64,000 nucleotides of DNA, taken from the NCBI GenBank assembly GCA_963775425.1, contig CAVZJB010000006.1:128001-192000 (forward strand), read 5' to 3'. Both the position numbers and the translations under genes were made by a program. The notes under the pieces are model-generated. The model was not told the origin of the DNA. It was given only the letters and a program-made list of their open reading frames with translations, and searched no databases. This document shows, piece by piece, positions 11,644 to 23,600 of this stretch; within the stretch, counting starts at the first letter, position 1, and each line of letters starts with the position of its first letter. This DNA is from an uncultured delta proteobacterium (GTDB lineage Bacteria > Myxococcota > UBA727 > VGSZ01).

Positions 11644-12453
11644 TCAGCGAAAGGAGGGCGCGGCGGCGCGGGCGATGACGTCATGCAGCGCGTCGAGGCC
11701 GTCCCCGAGGGCGGCGGGTCCCGGCTGCAGGATGAGCTCGCTTTCGATCTCGTGCACGGGGAGCGCCTCGAAGCCGGGGCGCGCGCGGATGGCGGCGGCG
11801 TCGACGCGCTTGCCGCACCAGCTCGCGATGACGACGTCGGGGCGGCGCGCGACGACGTCGGCGACGGTGACGATGCGCCCGGACGCCGCCTGCGACAGGC
11901 GGGTGTGCGCGCACACATCGACGCCGCCGGCGACCTCGACGAGCTCGCTGACCCAGCGGATGCCGCTGATGAGCGGGTCGGGCCACTCCTCGAAGAACAC
12001 CCGGGGCCGCCGCGGGAGCGCGGCGCTGCGCGCGGCGACCTCACGCACGTGCTGCGCCAGCTCGGCGGCGAGCGCCTCGGCCGCCGCGGCCTTGCCGACG
12101 AGCGCGCCGGTCATGCGCACGCACTGCAGGATCTCGGCGACGCTGCGCTGGTTCTGGACCCAGACCGGGACGCCGCGCTTGACGAGCTCGCGGGCGATGT
12201 CGGCCTGCAGGTCGGAGAAGCCGATGACGAGGTCGGGCGAGAGGGCGAGGAGCTTGTCGAAGTTGGCGTCCAGGAAGGAGCTCACCCGCGGCAACGTCGT
12301 CGCCTCGCGTGGCCGCTTCACGAACGCCGACACACCGACGACGACGTCGCCGGCCCCGATGCGAAAGAGCGTCTCGACGGACTCCTCCGTCAAGCACACC
12401 ACCCGCCTCGGAAGCGGCGGCGCGGCCGCGAGCAGCGCGTCGACGTCGTCCAT
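11644..12453 (-). CDS. BtuF-like cobalamin/Fe-siderophore ABC substrate-binding protein
   Basis: PRRVVCLTEESVETL, LALSPDLVI, RVFFEEWPDPLISG, ILQPGP motifs. Confidence 0.85.
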   Translation of the reverse strand: MDDVDALLAAAPPLPRRVVCLTEESVETLFRIGAGDVVVGVSAFVKRPREATTLPRVSSFLDANFDKLLALSPDLVIGFSDLQADIARELVKRGVPVWVQNQRSVAEILQCVRMTGALVGKAAAAEALAAELAQHVREVAARSAALPRRPRVFFEEWPDPLISGIRWVSELVEVAGGVDVCAHTRLSQAASGRIVTVADVVARRPDVVIASWCGKRVDAAAIRARPGFEALPVHEIESELILQPGPAALGDGLDALHDVIARAAAPSFR

Positions 12454-12497
12454 GCGCCGACGCTACAGCGCCCCGTCCGCACCCGAAACCGCGGCGG

Positions 12498-15400
12498 CTA
12501 CGCCCGGCGCCGCGCGCGCCACACGTAGAAGGCGGGGACGGCGACGAGGTTCAGCGCGGTCGACGTCACCAGGCCGAAGCACACGATGAACGCCATCGGG
12601 GCCTCGAGCTCGCTGCCCGCCGCCGCCAGCGACGCCGCCAGCGGCAGGAGCCCGAAGAACGCGGCGCCCGCCGTCATCGCGATGGGCACCAGGCGCTCGC
12701 GGGCCGCCTGCAGCACGACAGCCTCCACCTCCGCGCTCGACGTCACCCGGCCCCGCGCGAGGAGCTGGTTTTTGTGCGCGACCAGCATGATGCCGTTGCG
12801 GCTGATGATCCCCGCCAGCGTCACGAAGCCCACCAGGCCCGCCATCGACAGGCCGTCCGGCAACAGGAGCGCGCCCACGACGCCGCCCGCCATCCCCAGC
12901 GGCAACCCGCCGAGGATCACGCCCGCGTCGACGACGGAGCCGAAGGCCATCCACAAAAAAGCGAACAGCGCGCACGTGACGAGCCCCGCGACCAGCGCCA
13001 GGCGCGCGCTCGCCGACCGCCGCTCCACCGCCTGCCCGGCGAGCTGCCACGCGGCGCCCTTCGGCAGCGCGGCGGCGGCCATCACCCGCTCGATGCGCGC
13101 GGCCGCCCCCGACAGCTCCCCCGGCGCCGCGCGCGCGGTGATGGTCACCACGCGCCTGCCGCCCTCGTGGTCGATGCGCGCGGGCTCGGCGCCGTCCTCG
13201 AGGGTCGCCAGCGACGACAGCGGGAGCGCGCTCGCCCCACCGCCGCGGTGGGAGAAGACCGGCAGGTCCGCGAGGCGCTGGCGGCCGCGCCAGCCGTCGC
13301 CGCCGGCGATGACGACGGGGACGCGGAAGCCGCCGGGGGCGTTGGCGTCGGCGACCTCGAGCCCGCGGCGCCAGGCCGCCACCGCGTCGACGACGTCGCC
13401 GCGGCGGACGCCGGCGACGGCGAGCCGCGCGTCGTCGAGGGCGACGTCGGTGGTGGGCACGTCGACGAGCGACGCCGCGCGGGCCGAGCGCACCCCGTCG
13501 ACCGCGGCGAGCCGCGGGAGCAGCGTGCGGGCCGCGCCCCGCAGCGCGTCGAGGTCGTCGCCGAACAGCTTCACCGCGATGGGGGCGCGCTCTCCGGAGA
13601 GCAGCTCGTCGATGCGCTCGCCGAGGAACCCCTCGACGCCGAAGCGCACGCCCGGCACCTCGGCGATGCGATCGCCGACGGCGGCCGCGACCTCGTCGGG
13701 GTCGCCGGCGTCTGCGGGCAGGACGAGATCCATCTCCATGCGGTTCACCGGCGCGGCGTCCTCGTCGAGGGAGGCGCGTCCGGCGTGCACGGCCACGTGC
13801 GGCAACCCCGGCGCGCGGCGCAGCGCGGCGTCGACGCGGGCGCCGAGCGCGGTGGTCTCCTCGAGCGACGTGCCCGGCCACGCCGTGACCTCGGCGATGA
13901 GGACGCCCTCTCGAAATTCGGGCAGGAAGCCGCCGCCGACGAACGGGAGCACGGCGAGCGCGGCCGCGGCGACGACGGCAGCGACCACGACGACGGCGCC
14001 GGGGCGGCGCGCGACGCCGGCGAGCACGCGGTCGTAGCCACGGCGCAGCGCGCGCGCGAGGCGGGTGTCGCCGGCGTCGTGTCCGTCGTGTTCGTCGTGT
14101 TCGTCGTGTCCGTCGTGTCCGGAGGCGATCGCCGGCAGCAAGAGCGCGCTCATCGCCGGCGTCACCGTGAGCGCCACGACGAGCGACGCGGCCACGGCGA
14201 GCGCGTACGTCACCGCGAGCGGAGAGAAGATGCGGCCGGCGAGGCCGCCGAGGAGGATCACCGGGAGGAGCACGACGACGACGATCAACGAGGCGTAGAC
14301 CACGGCGCTGCGGACCTCGGCGGACGCGTCGCGCACGACGTCGAGGGCGGCGCGCGGGACGGCGCTCGCGGCGTTTTCGCGCAGGCGCCGCCAGATGTTC
14401 TCGACGTCGACGATGGCGTCGTCGACGACCTCGCCGACGGCGATGGCGAGGCCGCCGAGGATCATCCCGTTGAGCGTGACGCCGCGAAACAGCAGCACCG
14501 CCGCCGCCGCGAGCACGGACAGCGGGAGCGCCGTGAGGCTCACGGCGGCGAGCCGCGGTGAGCGCAGGAACGAGACGAGCACCACGACGACGAGCAGCGC
14601 GCCGAGGCCCATCGCGCGGGCGAGCGCGACAAGCGACGTGCGGATGAAGTCCGCCTGGCGAAACGTGGGCGCCTGCCGCACGGCGCCCTGAGGCAGCTCG
14701 GCGTCGAGCGCGACCAGCGCGCGCTCCACGGTGGCGGTGAGGCGCGGGGTGTCCGCCCAGGGCAGCTTCTCGATCTGGAGGTACACCGCGGGGTGTCCGT
14801 CGTACAGCGCGCTGCCCACCGGCGGCGCTTCGCCCGCGACGACGTCGGCGACGTCGCCGACGCGCACGGGCAGGCCGTCTGTTTGGCGGATGACGGTGGC
14901 GGCGACGGCGTCGAGGTCGCCGACCTCGAAGAGCGCCTGGGCGCGCACCGGTTGCTGTTGCGCGCCGACGACGACGTGGCCGAGGGGCGCCAGGCTCTGC
15001 GCGCCCGCGAGCGCGTCGCGCAGGTCGGACAGCGTGACGCCGCGCGCGAGCATCACCTCGGGGCGCGGCCGCACCTCGACGCGCGGCGCGCCGCCGCCGT
15101 GGACGGTGACGCGCGCGACGCCTTCGATGGCCTGCAGGCGCGGCGCCGCCTTCCACCGCGCGAAGCGGCGCAGGGCGCGGAGCGCCTCGGGATCGTCGCC
15201 GGGGACGGTGTAGCAGAGCTTGAGGAGCGCCCCGACGGGCGCGGTGATGGGTGCCATCTGCGGCGCCGGCAGCGACGGCGGGAGCCGCTCGCGCGCGGCG
15301 GCGACGCGCTCCGCGACGAGCTGGCGCGCGCGAAACACGTCGACGTCGTCCTCGAAGGTGAGCTGGAGGACGGCCAGCCCCGGCGACGACGTGGAGTGAA

Positions 15401-15653
15401 GGCGCGCGACGTCGGGGATGCCGAGGAGCGCCTGCTCGAGCGGCGTGGTCACGAGGCGCTCGACGGCGGAGGCGTCGAGCCCTTGTGCCTCCGCCTGCAC
15501 GGTGACGAGCGGCGGCGTGAAGTCCGGCAGCGCGTCGAGCCGCGCGTTGCCCGCGGCGAGCACACCGCCGACGACGAGCGCGGCCGCGGCGAAGAGCACG
15601 AGGACGCGGTGCCGGATGGAGCCGCGGATGACGGCGTCGAACAGCGCGTTCAC
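12498..15653 (-). CDS. CusA/CzcA-family heavy-metal RND efflux permease
   Basis: LDALPD..VERLVTTPLE, LGGLAIAVGEVVDDAIVDVEN, GFLPEFREG, RLVPIAMT motifs; 1051 aa. Confidence 0.93.
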   Translation of the reverse strand: MNALFDAVIRGSIRHRVLVLFAAAALVVGGVLAAGNARLDALPDFTPPLVTVQAEAQGLDASAVERLVTTPLEQALLGIPDVARLHSTSSPGLAVLQLTFEDDVDVFRARQLVAERVAAARERLPPSLPAPQMAPITAPVGALLKLCYTVPGDDPEALRALRRFARWKAAPRLQAIEGVARVTVHGGGAPRVEVRPRPEVMLARGVTLSDLRDALAGAQSLAPLGHVVVGAQQQPVRAQALFEVGDLDAVAATVIRQTDGLPVRVGDVADVVAGEAPPVGSALYDGHPAVYLQIEKLPWADTPRLTATVERALVALDAELPQGAVRQAPTFRQADFIRTSLVALARAMGLGALLVVVVLVSFLRSPRLAAVSLTALPLSVLAAAAVLLFRGVTLNGMILGGLAIAVGEVVDDAIVDVENIWRRLRENAASAVPRAALDVVRDASAEVRSAVVYASLIVVVVLLPVILLGGLAGRIFSPLAVTYALAVAASLVVALTVTPAMSALLLPAIASGHDGHDEHDEHDGHDAGDTRLARALRRGYDRVLAGVARRPGAVVVVAAVVAAAALAVLPFVGGGFLPEFREGVLIAEVTAWPGTSLEETTALGARVDAALRRAPGLPHVAVHAGRASLDEDAAPVNRMEMDLVLPADAGDPDEVAAAVGDRIAEVPGVRFGVEGFLGERIDELLSGERAPIAVKLFGDDLDALRGAARTLLPRLAAVDGVRSARAASLVDVPTTDVALDDARLAVAGVRRGDVVDAVAAWRRGLEVADANAPGGFRVPVVIAGGDGWRGRQRLADLPVFSHRGGGASALPLSSLATLEDGAEPARIDHEGGRRVVTITARAAPGELSGAAARIERVMAAAALPKGAAWQLAGQAVERRSASARLALVAGLVTCALFAFLWMAFGSVVDAGVILGGLPLGMAGGVVGALLLPDGLSMAGLVGFVTLAGIISRNGIMLVAHKNQLLARGRVTSSAEVEAVVLQAARERLVPIAMTAGAAFFGLLPLAASLAAAGSELEAPMAFIVCFGLVTSTALNLVAVPAFYVWRARRRA
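14076..14120 (-). repeat. In-frame 9-bp tandem repeat x5 encoding GHDGHDEHDEHDGHD in the RND loop
   Basis: GTCGTGTCC/GTCGTGTTC units read directly. Confidence 0.9.
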
Positions 15654-15675
15654 TCCGGCGCCTCGGCGTCGGGTG

Positions 15676-16875
15676 TCACGGAGGAGCCCCCGGCCGCGCG
15701 CCGCCGGCCGCGCCGAGCTCCCCGAGGAGAGCGGCGGCGCCGCGCGCGACGACGGCGTCGCCGCTCGACAGGCCGCTGTAGATGACCGCGCGCAGCTCGT
15801 CGCTCGCGGCGACGTGCACCTTGCGCGGGGCGAAGCGGCCGGCGGCGACCTCGACGAACACGAGCCGCTCGCGCGCGCGCCGGACCACGGCGCGCGCCGG
15901 GACGACGACGCCCGCGACGTCGCGGCGCACCTCGACGGCGACGGTGGCGCCGGGCAGGAGCGCGCCGGCCGCGTCGGGGGGCACCTCGAGGCGGTCGCGG
16001 CGCGTGCCGTCGGCCTGCACGACCAGGCCGCGGCTCAGCAGCGTCGCATCGATGGTGGCGTCGATGCCGCGGACCGCGTACGCGTCGCCGGCGGCGTCGC
16101 CGGGGGGGACGGCCAGGTCGATCCAGCGGGGCCCCGGCTTGACGATGCGCGCGACGACGGCGCCCTGCTCGACGAGCGCGCCGGCGCCGCTTTGCAGCTC
16201 GGCGACGACGCCGCCGGCGGGGGCGCGCAGCTCGACGCGGCCGCCGGTGGTGCGCGCGAGGTCGGCGCCCGCGCGCTGCAGGCTGTCCGCGCGCGCCTGC
16301 TCCCCGGTGAGCTTGGCCTCGGCCTGCGCCCGCTCCGCGTCGGTGGCGAGGCCGGCCTTGACGAGCGCGGTGACGCGCTCGAGGTCGCGCTTGTTGGCGT
16401 CGACCTCGGCGCGCGCGGCGTCGATGCGGCCGGCGAGCTCGTGCTGCTGCGCCTCGAGGCTCGCGCGCGACGCGGCGTCGACGAGGGGCTCGAGCGAGGC
16501 GAGCAGGGCCCGCGCCTCGACGTGCTCCCCGAGGCGCGCGGAGGTGGCGGCCAGGCGCCCCGTGACGGGCGCGACGACGAGCGCGTCCTCCTGAGGGCGG
16601 CCGACGACCTTGCCGAAGCGGAGCGCGCTCGTGGTGAGCGTGCCCTGCGCCGCCGGCGTGGTGAGCAGGCCGAGCGCGGCCCGCTCCTTGTCAGTGAGGA
16701 CCACCGCGCCGCCGGCGTCCACGCGCGAGATGGGGGCGCGCGCCTCTTCGTCGTCATCGTCCTCGTGCGCGCCGCAGCCGGCGCCCGCGACGAGCGCACA
16801 CGCGGCAACGAGCGCCCCCGTGACGGCGGCGGCGGCGGCCGCGCGCAGGGTCACGAAGAGAGCTTCAGGATCCAC
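15676..16875 (-). CDS. RND efflux periplasmic adaptor (CusB/CzcB-like)
   Basis: Lipobox-like AGC, VVAPVTGRL, coiled coil, LRAPAGGVV, VVPARAVV, GLSSGDAVV. Confidence 0.88.
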   Translation of the reverse strand: MDPEALFVTLRAAAAAAVTGALVAACALVAGAGCGAHEDDDDEEARAPISRVDAGGAVVLTDKERAALGLLTTPAAQGTLTTSALRFGKVVGRPQEDALVVAPVTGRLAATSARLGEHVEARALLASLEPLVDAASRASLEAQQHELAGRIDAARAEVDANKRDLERVTALVKAGLATDAERAQAEAKLTGEQARADSLQRAGADLARTTGGRVELRAPAGGVVAELQSGAGALVEQGAVVARIVKPGPRWIDLAVPPGDAAGDAYAVRGIDATIDATLLSRGLVVQADGTRRDRLEVPPDAAGALLPGATVAVEVRRDVAGVVVPARAVVRRARERLVFVEVAAGRFAPRKVHVAASDELRAVIYSGLSSGDAVVARGAAALLGELGAAGGARPGAPP

Positions 16876-16902
16876 GGCGCCTCCACCGGGAGCGTAGCTC
16901 GA

Positions 16903-17552
16903 TCAGCGGAACAGTTGCATGACCTCGAGGACGTAGACGGTGCCCGCGGCGGTATCGTCGTCGACGGACAAGCGCACGTCGGTGCCGCCGTCGATGGCGT
17001 CGACCTCCGTCTGCAGGAAGCCGCGGCTGGCCGAGGCGAGCAGCGTGCCGTCGTAGCTGCCGTCGCGCAGCTCGAGCGTGGCGGTGCGCCCCTCGAACAC
17101 GAGCTCGAGCGCGTAGACACCGCCCGCGGCGAGCTCGGCCTCGTCGAAGTCGGCGGCGGCGTCGCGCACGCCCTCGCGGTTGATGAAGAGCCCGGCGGTG
17201 GCCGAGGCGTCGTCGAGGTCGAGCTCGAAGCCGAGCCCGGGTGCCCCGCCGGCCTCGAACAGCGCGATGCGCGTGGGCGCGGCGGCGTCGACGAGCCGGA
17301 AGCGCATGCGCAGCGTCGTTCGCCGGCTCACGTCAAACGTGACGTCGGTGGGCACCGTGAGGGTGGGCGCCGGCGACGTTGGTCGTAATGGACTCGCGTC
17401 GAGGCGCCCGCTCACCACCATCTGCGCGGCCGACGTGCGGATCTCGAAGGCGCGCGCACCGTCGAGGGCGCCGAGGCCGGCGCGAACGCCGGCGGCGCCG
17501 CCAGCGCCACGACGACGCAGACGAGTTGGAGGGCAGGGGCGAACGGCGACAT
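16903..17552 (-). CDS. Secreted beta-rich hypothetical protein with probable frameshift at ~17450
   Basis: Signal peptide MSPFAPALQLVCVVVALAA in one frame; globular beta-strand-rich FEIRTSAAQ...VLEVMQLFR in another frame. Confidence 0.55.
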
Positions 17553-17688
17553 GCGGCGCGATGCGACCCCGAGTCTCCGCGTCAGGTACGTGCACATCGC
17601 ACCTCGAGCGAATCGGCGCTCCCGGCCCCGCTCCCGCAAATTGGCCGGAATGACGACGAGGTGGCGGATCGTGGGCTAACGTCCCCGC

Positions 17689-20600
17689 GTGACTCGAGCG
17701 GCCGTCCTGCGCGCGCCACGGGGGCGCGCCCCGCGTCCGGGAGCACCTCGGGGAGCGCCCGCCCTTGTCGCGGCGATCGCGCTGATCGCGGCGCTCGCGT
17801 GCGGGTCCGGCGCTCGCCACCGCCGACGGCACGCCCCTCGACGCCGTCGTCACCCAGCACGTGTTCGGCGCCGCCGTCGGCGTCGGCAACACGCTCATGG
17901 AGTTCAGCCGCGGCGTGAACTTCGCCGTGCGCAGCGATCGCTCCGAGGCCACCATCCCGCTGTCGCGCATGGATCCGGACGCCACCGTGGTGCAGGCGTT
18001 CCTCGTGTGGGCGGGCACGTTCCAGCCGAGCCAGGGCATCCCCCTCGATCGCGACGTCGACTTCACCCTCCCCGACGGCACCTTCTTCAACGACCTCAGC
18101 GTCGACGCGCCCGAGCCGGGGGAGACACCGTCGGCGCTCAACCGCTGCGTGTCGCGCAACCTGAACATCGGCGGGCAGACCCAGCCCATGTTCGAGTGCC
18201 GCCGCGAGGTCACGCAGCTCCTGCAGCGCCTCGGCCCCGGCGGCGCCGTCGGCACCTACGGCGTCGAGGACGTCCAGCTCGAGGCCGGCGACTGCAACAA
18301 CGACCCCGGCCGTTGCGAGGCGGCCTACGGCGGCTGGGCCATCGTCGTCCTGTGGGAGTCGCCGACGGAGTCGGTCAAGCGCGACCTCGTCGTCTACGAC
18401 GGCTTCTTCGCCCTCGACGAGCAGGGCAGCACCTTCGGCGGCTTCTCGTCGGGCATCGGACCCGCCTTCGACATGAACGGCTTCACCATCGGGCCCACCG
18501 CCGACGGCGAGCTCACGTTCCTCGCCTTCGAGGGCGACGCCGACCTCGGCGTGCCGCCGCAGAACCTCCCGAGCAACCCGGTGCGCTGCAACGACGGCAA
18601 GTGCGAAGACTTCATCCAGATCCGCACCGACGGAAACCCCACGTTCAAGAAGCTCCAGGACGCCGCCAACCGGCCCGGCAACCTGATGAACGGCTCCGAC
18701 AACACCGGCGGCGTGCACCCCGGCCTCGACATCGACACCTTCGACATCGGCCCCTCGGGGCTCAACGTGCTCCGCGCCGGCGACACGCACCTGTTCCTGC
18801 AGCCAGGCTCGGGCGATGGCGTCGCCGACGACGGCAGCGGCGGCTCCGGCGAGCTGTTCCTCCTCGGCATGACGTTCCTGTCGGTGGAGACGTTCTCCCC
18901 GCGCTTCCTCAACAACTTCACCGAGAAGGTGGTGCTCGAGCCCGTGGCGGGCGCGGGCGAGACGCTGCACTACCTCTTGCGCGTCGAAAACGACGGCAGC
19001 GCGCCGGCCGAAAACGCCCTCATCCGCGACCAGCTCCCCGCCGGCGTCAGCTACGTCCCCGGCTCCACCTCCAACACCTGCGGCGTCGCCAGCGGCGACA
19101 GAAACGGCACGAGCCCCGTCCTGCAGGGCACAGGGCTCAACGTCGGCACCATCCCCATCAACGGCCGCTGCGAGGTGCGCTTCAACGTCACCGTCGACGC
19201 CGACGTCGCCGACGGAACGGTCCTCGACAACTTCTTCACCGTCGCCGCCGACGGCGTCCCGCCCATCCTCATCGGGCCCGCCACCACCGTCATCCAGGCC
19301 GCGTCCATCGGGCAGCCGACGAAGACCGTCAGCGTGCTCGGCGGCGGCGAGCCCTCGCAGGGCTCCACCCTCAACTACACCATCCGCGTGCCCAACACGG
19401 GCACGCGCAACGCGCCGGGGGTCAGCGTGACCGACGCGCTGCCGCCCGAGCTCGAGAACCTCCAGATCGTGTCGTTCCCCGCGGGCGCCGACAACCGCTC
19501 CAGCGCCACAAACGTCGACATCACCGGCATCACCATCGCGCCGGGCGCGTCGGCGGACGTGGTGTTCACCGCGCGCGTCAAGGCGGGCACGCCCACGGGC
19601 ACGCGCATCTCCAACCAGGGCCGCGTGGACCAGCCGTCGCTGTCGACGCCGCTGCGCACCGACAATCCCGCCACGCCGGCGCGCCCCGACCCCACGGTGA
19701 TCACCACGGCGTCGGGCGTGTCGCTCACGTCTTCGAGCAAGAGCGCGCGCGACAAAAACGGCGGCCGTTTGCAGCCGGGCGACGTCGTGGAGTTCACCGT
19801 CCACGTCGCAAAGACGGGGAGCGCCTCCACCGTCATCGACCTCGACGACAGCCTGCCGCTTCACATGGGCGGCTGCGTGGTGGTGTCGTCGCCGCCGGGC
19901 GGCTTCGCCAACTGCACGCCCGGCGGCGCCAACGGCACGGGGCGCGTCGTGGGCGCGGTCGCCGTGGCCGGCGCGGGCGGCGGCGACTTCGTGTTCTCCG
20001 CCGTCGTCGACGCCACGGCGCCCGACGGGTTCTCCTTGGTGAACACGGCGCACCTGACGCCGGAGGCGGACCCGTCGTTCGCCGTCGACGTCAGCTCGGC
20101 GCCGCTGGCCGTGTTTGCGCGGCCCGACTTCACCACGTCGCGCAAGGCCGTCGTCGACGGCAACGGCGGCGACGCGCGGCCCGGAGACGCGCTCACGTAC
20201 ACGGTGACGGTGGTGAACAACGGGAGCGTCGCGGCGCAAAACGTCGTCGTCACCGACGCCGTGCCCGGGGGGCTCGGGAGCGTGGTCGCGCTCGACGGCG
20301 GAGCGTTCGCGCCGAGCGGCGGCGCGCCGCCGGCGAGCCCGGGCACGGTGACGTGGACCGCGCCGGCGTTGGCGGCGGGCGCCACGGCGACGTTCCGCTT
20401 CACCACGCAGATCCTCGCCGGGACGCCGAACAACACCCGCATCCGCAACACGGCGCTCGTGCACGGCGACGCGCCCGCAGCGGACTTCACCACGCCGCCC
20501 GTCGACGTCGTCGTGCGCGCGTCGCCGGCGCTCGTGGTGACAAAGACGGTGGCGGACCTCGGGCCGCCGCCTTTCCGCCCCGGCGACACGGTGCGCTACA

Positions 20601-23600
20601 CGCTCCGCATCCAGAACACCGGCGACGGCGCCGCCAGCAACGTCGTCCTGCGCGACACGCTCGACCCGAGCTTCGAGACGGCCCTCACCAACAACGGCGG
20701 ACGCGTCGCCGGCGGGGACGTGGTCTTCGACACCTCCACCGTGGCCGCGCTCTCCCGCCTCGAGCCGCCCGGCGTGGGGGCGCCGGGTGCCGACGTCGTG
20801 ACGCTCACCTTCGACGCGCGCCTCTCTGGCGTGCTCGCGAACGGCACCGTCGTCGCAAACCAGGGCCGCACCACCGCGGATCAGCTCCCGTCGCCGGTCT
20901 TGTCCGACGACCCGGGCACCGCCACGGCGAACGATCCCACGCGCTTCACGGTGACGAGCCAGGCCGTCGTCAGCATGGACAAGACCTTCGTCGACGACAA
21001 CGCCGGCGCGCTGCTCCCCGGGGACACGGTCACCTACACCCTTACGCTGAACGACACGGGGGACGCGCCGGCCGGCGCGGTCGTCGTCACCGACGTCCTC
21101 GACAACCGCCTCACGTTCGTCGCCTCCCCCGACGGCGGCGCCGTGTCCGGCGTCGGCGGCGGCGGCGCGGGCGGGACCGTCACCTTCCCCGCGCGCGACG
21201 TCGTCCCCGGCGCCGCCGTGCAGCTCCGCTTCACCGTGCGCGTCGCCACCGGGCTCGCCAACGGCACCGTCATCGCCAACCAGGCGCGCGCGGCGTCGCC
21301 GGTGGCGGCCACCACCGTGTCAAACGATCCGAGCACGGTGACGCCGCTCGATCCCACGCGCCTCACGGTCGAGTCGCGCCCCGTCCTCGACGACGTGCAA
21401 AAGACCGTCACCGACCTCGACGGCGACGGGCGCTTCGAGCCCGGCGATCGCGTCCGCTACACGATCACGGTGCCGAACACCGGCAGCGAGGCCGCCGCCG
21501 CCGTCGTCGTCACCGACGTGCTCCCGGCCGCGCTCGAAAACGCCGTCGCCGGCCAGGGCGGCGTGGTCGTGGGGGCGGCGGCGCGGGGAGCGGCGGCCCC
21601 GGCGGCACCGTCACGTGGCCGCTCGGCGCCGTCCCCGTCGGCGTCACGCGCACGCTCACGGTGGACGCGGACATCGTGCGCCCCTTCGGCGACGCCGTCC
21701 CCGTCGACAACCAGGCGCGCGTCACGGGGAGCAACTTCGCCGCCGTTGTCTCGGACGATCCGGCCACGGCCACGCTCGACGATCCCACGCGCTTCCTCAC
21801 GTTCTCCAAGCCGCACCTCGTCGTCGAAAAGGCCGTCGCCGACCCGGCGTCCCCCGGCGGGCCCGGCATCGTCGCGCCCGGCGACACGCTCACCTACACC
21901 ATCACGCTCAGCCAACGACGGCGGCCGCGCCGCCGACGCCGTCACCGTCACCGACCTCGTCGACACCCGCCTCGACACCGTCACGCCCCTCGACGGCGGC
22001 GCGCTCGCGGGCCGGACCATCACGTGGAGCGTCGCCTCCATCGCCACCGACGCCGTCGCCACGCTGCGCTTCACCGCGCTCGTGCACGTGCCGCTGCCAA
22101 ACGGCGTGATCATCCCGAACCGCGCGCGCGCGGTGCTCGCCGAGCCGGGCGTCCCCGGTGTGCCCTTCCTCTCCGACGACCCGCGCACCGCCGCCGCCGG
22201 CGACACCACCGACGTGCAGGTGGTGTCCGCCGCCGATCTGTCCGCCACCACGCTCGAGACGCTCGACCCGCTCAGCGGCGCCCCCATCACGTTCGCGCAG
22301 CCCGGGCAGGCGGTGCGCTACCGCCTCGTGGTGCAAAACCGCGGCACCGACGACGGGCGCCGCGTGCGCGCGCGCCTGGTGCTGCCGCCGGAGGTGGAGC
22401 TCGTGTCGGCGCCCGGCGCCACGGTCAACGGCGCCACCCTCGTGTACAACCGCCAGGGCGTCGCGGCGCTCGCGGACGTCGCGCCCGGCGACGTCGTCAC
22501 CCTCGACGTCGACGTGCGCCTCAAGGCGCCGCTGTCCGTCACGCAGCCCATCTCGGCGCAGGCCGAGCTGACGGCCGCCGGCGTCGCCAACCCGTTCCGC
22601 TCGGACGATCCGTCCACCGCCGCCTTCGGCGATCCCACGCTGCTCGATGTGCTCAGCCTCGTCGTCACCAAGGACGTGGCGCCGTCCCGCACGGCCGCGC
22701 CCGGCGACGTGCTCACGTGGACGATCACCGCGGCGTCCGGCGGCACCATCGCCGTCGGTCCGAGCACGCTCACGGACGTCGTCTCGCCGGCGCTCAGCAC
22801 CGTCACGCCCGGGCCGGGGCTCAGCTTCGACGCGGCGAGCCGCACGCTGTCGGGCGCCCTCGCACCCATCGCGCCAGGGACCTCGCGCACGCTCACGTTC
22901 ACCGCGCGCGTCGGCAACACCGCCGCCAACGGCACGCGCATCGAGAACCAGGCCACCGTGCAGAGCGCCGCCCTCGGCGCCGTGCTCTCCGACGACCCCA
23001 CCACCGCGGCGGCGCTCGACCCCACCGTGGTGCTCGTCGACGCCACGCCGGTGCTCACCACGTCCACCAAGGTCGCCGCCGACGTCGACGGCGCGCCGCT
23101 CTTGCCCGGCGACACCGTCCGTTACGTCGTCACCGTCGTGAACTCCGGGCGCGGCACCGCGGACGACGTGCGCGTGACCGACGTCCTCGACGCCAACCTC
23201 TCCGTGCTCGCGGTGGAAAACGGCGGCAACAACGCCGGCAACACCATCTCCTGGGACGCGTCCACCACGCCGGCGCTCGCGGCGGTGGCGCGCGGCGCCA
23301 GCGTGGTGCTCGCTTTCACGGCCAAGGTGAGCCCCGCCGTCGTCGACGGCACGTCCATCCCCAACCAGGCGTCCATCGTGTCACGCGACGTGAGCGGCGC
23401 CGTGCGCACCGACGATCCGTCCACGCCGGCGCCGGGCGATCCCACCGTCGTGCGCGTGACCGCGCCGAAGCTCTCCCTCACCAAGCGCTTTGTCGACAAC
23501 ACCCCGCACCCGGGCGGCGGGGTCGACGTGGAGCCCGGCGACGCCGTCGAGTACGACGTCACGGTGCGCAACACGGGCGGGGTGGCCGCCACCGGCGTCG

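Noticed and set aside
12454-12497. Cobalamin riboswitch upstream of the BtuF-like gene
   Set aside because: The gap is only ~44 bp and no B12-box is visible.
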